The translations under genes and the position numbers were made by a program. A DNA stretch of 55,897 bases from IMG/VR virus record IMGVR_UViG_3300046520_000074; one strand, written 5' to 3'. This stretch comes from a virus. This document shows, one piece after another, positions 50,799 through 55,897 of this stretch. Under the pieces are notes generated by a model. The model was not told the origin of the DNA. It worked only from the letters and a program-made list of their open reading frames with translations, and did no database searches. Within the stretch, counting starts at the first letter, position 1. Each line of letters begins with the position of its first letter.

Positions 50799-51446
50799 AT
50801 GAGCGTCTCGATTCCCAACGGCACTACCTTCGAAATCGCCAGCGTCATGAGCGCTGCGAAGCCGTTCACTGCAATTTCCAACGCCAATCCGGCTGTCTTG
50901 ACCGCAGCGGCCCATGGCCTGGCCGATGGCGACATCATCGTCATTGACTCGGGCTGGGCGAAACTCAACGGTCGTCCGGCTCGGGTGATTGACTCCGATG
51001 TCGGCGACTTCGCCGCGGAAGGGATCAACACTACCAGCGTCAAGAGTTTCCCGGCTGGTTCTGGCGCAGGCTCTGTCCGAGCTGCGTCCAGTTTCATTCA
51101 AATTTCCCAGATCACTGAGCCGGCCGCCAACGGCGGTGAGCAGCAATTCCTGACCTACGGCTTCCTGGAGGATGACGACGACCGTCAGCTCCCGACCACC
51201 AAATCGGCCAGCAGCATGACGCTGCCAGTGGCAGATGATCCCAATCAGCCGTTCGTTGCGGTCGTTGAGGCGGCAGATGAAGACAAGGAACCGCGGCTGA
51301 TCCGCGCAAATCTCCCGTCTGGCTCGACCATCCTCTACTACGCCTATGTGTCGATCACTGCGACGCCGACGCTGAGCCGGAACAACATCATGACCCGGAC
51401 CATCACCCTGTCGTTCGCGTCCCGTCCAACTCGCTACAACGCCTAA
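50799..51446 (+). CDS. Major tail tube protein
   Basis: ATG 50799 with an RBS agaggaaaa. 215 aa. It precedes G/GT. Confidence 0.8.
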   Translation: MSVSIPNGTTFEIASVMSAAKPFTAISNANPAVLTAAAHGLADGDIIVIDSGWAKLNGRPARVIDSDVGDFAAEGINTTSVKSFPAGSGAGSVRAASSFIQISQITEPAANGGEQQFLTYGFLEDDDDRQLPTTKSASSMTLPVADDPNQPFVAVVEAADEDKEPRLIRANLPSGSTILYYAYVSITATPTLSRNNIMTRTITLSFASRPTRYNA

Positions 51447-51455
51447 GGAGGCCTC

Positions 51456-51839
51456 ATGGCAAAGTTTTCAATCGCGCCGAAGCCGACCTTTACGGTCGAC
51501 GTAGCGATACCCCAGGTGGGCGGCAAGCCGGTCATGGTCCCGTTCACGTTTCAATACCGCGACCGCACCGCCCTGGCTGAGCTGTTTGACGCCTGGAGTG
51601 CAAAGGCTGAAGCCTTGAACGAACGTTTCAAAGGCACTGAGCCAACCATCTCCGATATCACCCAGGCGGAAGTCGAGCAGGGTGTCGAGCAGGTTCGGGA
51701 TCTGGTCGTGGCATGGGGTTTCAGCGACAAGCTGAACGACGAATCCATCACCGCGCTGGTGAAGAGCTGCATTGGTGTTTCGGATGCTGTTGTGAAGGCG
51801 TACAGCGACGCCTTCGGCAAGGCTCGCTTGGGAAACTGA
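51456..51839 (+). CDS. Tail assembly chaperone G
   Basis: 127 aa between the tube and tape measure genes. It ends at TGA right after the slippery site. Confidence 0.85.
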   Translation: MAKFSIAPKPTFTVDVAIPQVGGKPVMVPFTFQYRDRTALAELFDAWSAKAEALNERFKGTEPTISDITQAEVEQGVEQVRDLVVAWGFSDKLNDESITALVKSCIGVSDAVVKAYSDAFGKARLGN

Positions 51840-52159
51840 CGGCCGCCGCCCGGGCGCTCTACGAGCCAGCCGCAACCGCTGAGCAATTGGCGGTATTCGG
51901 ATTTTCCCCTGAAGACTATGACGAGACATTCGAAGTCTGGCCGGACGCCTGGCCGTCATTCCTCGTGATGGATGCCATGGGAACGCAGTGGCGCACCGGC
52001 GCGTGCGGCGCTACCGGACTTGACTATGCCGTGCTGCCCAGCGTGATGCGCCTTGTCGGTGTGCCTGCAAAGGATCGGCCGACAGTTTTCCAGGACATCC
52101 GTGTGATGGAGTCGGAAGCGATCGCCGTAATGGCTGAGTTACGCGATAACCGCCCGTGA
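51456..52159 (+). CDS. Tail assembly chaperone GT (programmed -1 frameshift product)
   Basis: The -1 frame from 51830 reads GKLTAAARALYEP... and stays open to 52159. Confidence 0.75.
51830..51836 (+). promoter_or_regulatory. Slippery heptamer G GGA AAC for the G/GT frameshift
   Basis: X XXY YYZ pattern one codon before the G stop. Confidence 0.75.
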
Positions 52160-52186
52160 GAACGGGCACTTATACAAGGTGAGTCG

Positions 52187-55100
52187 ATGAATATTGCAGA
52201 ACTCGGCGTCAAGATCGACTCGGCCGATGCAATCCAGGCCAAGACAAGCCTGGATGAAATGGCGAAGGCCGGCGGCCGCGCCGAGCAGTCTGCTGTTTTG
52301 CTGATGAACGAAATGCAGGCCCTGGAGAAGTCGCTGTCCACAGGCGCCAAAACCACCCAGGACCTAGCAAAGCAAAGAGACGCTCTCGCCAAACTGACCA
52401 AGACCGGCGCCTATGGCGAGGCTGAGTTCACCAAGATCACCGCCCAGCTCGACAAGCAGCAGGTTGCCCTTGCCAAGTCCACCATGGATGAGCAGAAGGC
52501 GCTGAACAGCCTTTTGGGCGCTATTGATCCGGCCCGCGCCGCACTGGCGAAGCTGGACAAGCAAGTCGAGGATCTGGGCAGGCATCTGGACGCCGGCCGG
52601 ATCAGTCAGGATGAGTTCAACTCCTCGCTGAGTAAGATCGACAAGGACTATGCGAAGCTCGAAAAGACCGCTACTGGGTTCGACAAGCTTCGTCTCGGCA
52701 CTCGCCAAGCCCAGGAAAACGTCGTTCAGTTGGGTAACGCTCTGTCCTCGGGCGACTGGGGCAGCGGTGTGCGTGCTGTCGCCCAGCTGGGAGCGGGCGC
52801 TGGCGCTTCGGCTGCCGGCCTCCTTGCCATCTTGGCTCCGATCGCTCTTGCTACTGCCGCCGTCGGCGCGCTCGGGGTGGCCTATTACAAGGGTAGCGAA
52901 GAGCAGGATAGTTTCAACAAGTCGCTGATACTGACCGGCAACTATGCGGGCGTGAGCGCTGGACAGCTTGGGGATATGGCGCGCCAGGTGGGCGCTACAG
53001 TCGGCACAACCGGGCAGGCTGCCGAAGTGCTGGCGCTGCTGGCCGGGAATGGCAAGATCGCTGGCGAAAGCTTCCTGGGCATCACCCAGGCTGCTGTGTC
53101 GATGCGGGAGGCCACTGGCAAAGCCGTCAAGGAGACGGTGGCCGAGTTCGAGAAGATCGCCGATGAGCCGGTGAAGGCCTCAGCTGCGCTCAATGAGCAA
53201 TACCACTACCTGACGGCCTCGGTTTACTCCCAAATCGCAGCGCTCGAAAAACAGGGCGACCATGCCGGCGCGGTGAAGCTGGCAACCGAGCAGTACGCCG
53301 ACGCTATCAACGAGCGCACCCCGAGAGTTCTGGAGAACCTGAGCTTCTGGGAGAAGGGATACAACGCGGTAGCACGGGCAGCGGATAGCCTGAAGAACCT
53401 GGGTCGTCCCGATATCGATGCTGACATCGACCAGGCCCGGCGAAATCTGGAACAGGCCCAGTCAGGCAATGTCGGGGTGTTCCAGAACCAGAAGGAAATG
53501 GTTGAGCTATATAGTAACCAGCTCAACATGCTGGAGGACCAGAAGGCCGCGGCGGAGGACATCGCCAAGTGGGAAGGTGAGCAGGCCAAAGCTCAGCGGG
53601 ATGCTGTCACGGCGATGGGCAAGGTTGATGCCCTGACCAAGTCCTCCTGGACGAATGAGCAAAAGCGCGCCGACGCACTGAAGGAGTACAAGCGGCAGCT
53701 CGACGATATTCGCAAAGTCAGCCCAAACGATGCGCGCCTGAATCAGGCTGTGGTCGATAAAAACATTGCCAATATCAACGACCAGTTCAAGGATCCAAAG
53801 ACAGCAGCAGGTGCTGTCGACCTGACCAGGTTCAACGACTCGAAAAACGCGCTCAACGAAATTCTGTCCGATTACAAGAACGCCCAGAAGGAGCTGGACG
53901 CAGCCCAAAAAGCTGGTCTTGTTTCTCAGTCGGACTACTTGCTGAAGCGCCAGGCGATGATCGGCAATCAGCGCGACGAGGTAACCGCCGCTTACGAGGC
54001 GGAAATTTCGGCGCTTGAGGCGACCAAGGGTAAAGCTGGCACTTCCGCCGCCCAGCGAATCCAGTTGGACCAGAAGATTGCTGACGCGCGCTCGGCGATG
54101 GTCAAGGCGCAAAAGGATTCAGACTCGGAACTGACCGTGCTGGCCGCGAACGAAGAGGGCCGCCTCAAGAAACAGGCCCTGGCCGTCAGCACTTATACCG
54201 GGGCACTGCAACGCCAAGTCGAAACGCTTCGAGAGCAGGGGATTCGAGCAGCATCCGGCCTGGGTCAGGGGGATCGGCAACGTGGGCTGACGGATCAGCA
54301 GAACGGCATCGACGATCGCATCAACCAACAGCGGCTCGAACTGGCGAATCAGTACGGCGACGGCTCGCGCGGCATGAGCCTCGACGAGTACACCCAAAAG
54401 CTGAACGCGTTGAAAGCCACGCAGCAGGATCTGCACGATACGGTGCAGGCCAACTACGACGACATGACCGCAGCCCAGGGAAGCTGGAGCGCTGGAGCAT
54501 CGTCGGCCTGGCAGAATTACCTGGAGTCGGCGCGGGACGTGGCCGGACAGACGAAAAGTCTGTTCACCAATGCCTTCAGCTCGATGGAGGACGCCATCGT
54601 CAACTTCGCCATGACCGGGAAGTTGTCGTTTGCCGATTTTACCAAGTCCATCTTGGCGGACATGGCGCGTATTGCGACCCGGGCCGCGGCGTCCTCAGCA
54701 ATGGAGGCTCTGTTCGGCCTTGCGGCCTCTGCCGCCGGTTCGTATTTCGGTGGCGGCGCAACGTCGGCCGGTTCCACCCAGGCAGGCTACTCCGGCGACC
54801 TCTCAGGCTTCACCCCGGGCAGCATTCAGGCAAAGGGGGGGGCTTGGTCGGGCGGCGTGCAGATGTTCGCCAATGGCGCAGCCTTCACCAACTCCATCGT
54901 CAGCAAGCCGACCGCGTTCGGCATGTCTGGCGGCGGTATTGGGGTGATGGGCGAGGCCGGGGAAGAGGCGATCATGCCGCTGACCCGCACGGCTGGCGGC
55001 CAACTGGGCGTTCGCGCTATCTCGGGTGGCGGTAGCGGTGGCGGGAACGTTTACAACTTCCCCGTCGCCGTCTCCGTGCAAACCACCGGTGATGGTGGCG

Positions 55101-55234
55101 AAACTACCACGGAAGACACCACGCAGCTGGGTAGGGGCATCCAGCAAGCGGCCAAGACCGAAGCCGAAACAGCAATTGCCAGGGGCTTGCAGCCAGGCGG
55201 CGCCATCTGGCGCGTTATCAATGGGAGGGGCTGA
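52187..55234 (+). CDS. Tape measure protein
   Basis: 1015 aa, long helical with hydrophobic central and C-terminal segments. Position. Confidence 0.92.
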   Translation: MNIAELGVKIDSADAIQAKTSLDEMAKAGGRAEQSAVLLMNEMQALEKSLSTGAKTTQDLAKQRDALAKLTKTGAYGEAEFTKITAQLDKQQVALAKSTMDEQKALNSLLGAIDPARAALAKLDKQVEDLGRHLDAGRISQDEFNSSLSKIDKDYAKLEKTATGFDKLRLGTRQAQENVVQLGNALSSGDWGSGVRAVAQLGAGAGASAAGLLAILAPIALATAAVGALGVAYYKGSEEQDSFNKSLILTGNYAGVSAGQLGDMARQVGATVGTTGQAAEVLALLAGNGKIAGESFLGITQAAVSMREATGKAVKETVAEFEKIADEPVKASAALNEQYHYLTASVYSQIAALEKQGDHAGAVKLATEQYADAINERTPRVLENLSFWEKGYNAVARAADSLKNLGRPDIDADIDQARRNLEQAQSGNVGVFQNQKEMVELYSNQLNMLEDQKAAAEDIAKWEGEQAKAQRDAVTAMGKVDALTKSSWTNEQKRADALKEYKRQLDDIRKVSPNDARLNQAVVDKNIANINDQFKDPKTAAGAVDLTRFNDSKNALNEILSDYKNAQKELDAAQKAGLVSQSDYLLKRQAMIGNQRDEVTAAYEAEISALEATKGKAGTSAAQRIQLDQKIADARSAMVKAQKDSDSELTVLAANEEGRLKKQALAVSTYTGALQRQVETLREQGIRAASGLGQGDRQRGLTDQQNGIDDRINQQRLELANQYGDGSRGMSLDEYTQKLNALKATQQDLHDTVQANYDDMTAAQGSWSAGASSAWQNYLESARDVAGQTKSLFTNAFSSMEDAIVNFAMTGKLSFADFTKSILADMARIATRAAASSAMEALFGLAASAAGSYFGGGATSAGSTQAGYSGDLSGFTPGSIQAKGGAWSGGVQMFANGAAFTNSIVSKPTAFGMSGGGIGVMGEAGEEAIMPLTRTAGGQLGVRAISGGGSGGGNVYNFPVAVSVQTTGDGGETTTEDTTQLGRGIQQAAKTEAETAIARGLQPGGAIWRVINGRG

Positions 55235-55572
55235 TGGCTATCGAAACATTCACCTGGCCCACCCAGCACGGAGACGCACCCGAGATTACCTATCGGGTGC
55301 GCACCTCCCGGTTCGGCAGTGGTTACAAGCAGACCGCCGGCGACGGGCCGAATAACAAGGAAGATTCCTACCCGATCACCTACACCGGGTCGAAGACCAG
55401 CGTGCTGCAGATCATGGACTTTCTGGACCGGCACGCCGGCACGAAGGCCTTCCTCTGGACGACCCCGCTCGGCGAGTTGGGTCTTTTCGATTGCGTCAAT
55501 CCTGTGCCAACCCCGGTGGGGGGCGGTGTTTTCAAACTGACGGCCACGTTCACGCGGGCCTACCATCCATAA
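55234..55572 (+). CDS. Minor tail protein M
   Basis: gpM-like, 112 aa. FTWPT...YRV..S.FGSGY.Q....G.N. Confidence 0.88.
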   Translation: MAIETFTWPTQHGDAPEITYRVRTSRFGSGYKQTAGDGPNNKEDSYPITYTGSKTSVLQIMDFLDRHAGTKAFLWTTPLGELGLFDCVNPVPTPVGGGVFKLTATFTRAYHP

Positions 55573-55581
55573 GGGGCGACC

Positions 55582-55897
55582 ATGCCGCTGATTAGTGAAA
55601 TCCAGGTCCTCGAGCCTGGAAGCGAAGCGCTGCTCTTTGAACTGGATGGCTCCGACTACGGCGCGGACGTCCTGCGCTTCCACGGACACGCAATTCCGCA
55701 CACGCCGGCTGAGTTGATAGCCGCCGGCGCCGCTGCCGATGAGCTACCAGCCAAGCCGATCTACTGGCAGGGCAACGAGTACAGCGCCTGGCCGATGCAG
55801 ATTGACGGCATCGAATCCAACGGCGACGGTACGGCTATTCGCCCGACGCTGTCGGTGGGTAACGTCAATGGCCGGATCACAGCCCTGTGCCTGGCCT
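55582..55897 (+). CDS. Minor tail protein L, N-terminal part (runs off the window and continues at base 128 of the circular map)
   Basis: MPLISEIQVLEPGSEALLFELDG... is in frame with ORF 1..561 through the 127-bp overlap. Confidence 0.9.
   Translation, partial: MPLISEIQVLEPGSEALLFELDGSDYGADVLRFHGHAIPHTPAELIAAGAAADELPAKPIYWQGNEYSAWPMQIDGIESNGDGTAIRPTLSVGNVNGRITALCLA
55771..55897. repeat. Copy 2 of the 127-bp terminal overlap
   Basis: Identical to bases 1-127. It lies inside the gene L coding sequence. Confidence 0.95.

Larger units (their letters stand above)
1..55897. mobile_element. Complete temperate lambdoid siphovirus genome, circularly permuted in this window (unique length 55,770 bp)
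   Basis: All modules are present: tail, lysis, attP-int-xis, early-left recombination/methylase operon, cI/cro, replication, nin, tRNAs, terminase-portal-capsid-tail. The window ends overlap by 127 identical bases and gene L spans the junction. Confidence 0.9.

Overview
The window is a complete temperate lambdoid siphovirus genome, GC-rich and probably from Pseudomonas or a related gammaproteobacterium. It was assembled as a circle: bases 1-127 are identical to 55771-55897, so the unique length is 55,770 bp, and tail gene L is split across the window junction. Going through the window: tail tip genes L-K-(moron)-I-J; an AT-richer fibre/host-range module; an HNH homing endonuclease inserted at the 5' end of a SleB-type endolysin gene; Rz/Rz1 spanins; and an SOS-box-controlled SRAP operon. 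Next come attP (the 3' half of tRNA-Val(GAC)), int and xis, followed by a long leftward early operon. That operon carries an adenine methyltransferase, an ASCH protein, a C5-cytosine methyltransferase, YqaJ exonuclease, an ERF annealase and Ea22-like genes. The rest of the window holds the lambda-like cI/cro immunity region, a Bro-N antirepressor, an O-like initiator with internal iterons, NinB/NinG, a late-regulator candidate with a tR'-like terminator, two tRNAs plus a truncated tRNA-like element, HicAB, holin candidates, an HslV-like Ntn peptidase, and the terminase-to-tail morphogenesis genes, including a G/GT frameshift and the tape measure. The main finding is a complete diversity-generating retroelement (DGR) in the early-left operon. 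It consists of a DGR-type reverse transcriptase, an Avd four-helix protein, a 104-bp Asn-codon-rich template repeat (TR), and three variable repeats (VRs). The VRs sit at the C-termini of three DUF1566/C-type-lectin-like paralogs, two adjacent to the cassette and one about 7.8 kb away. In a hand alignment, all but one of the TR/VR differences fall at TR adenines. None of the diversified genes is a tail or receptor-binding gene, which is unusual for a phage DGR.
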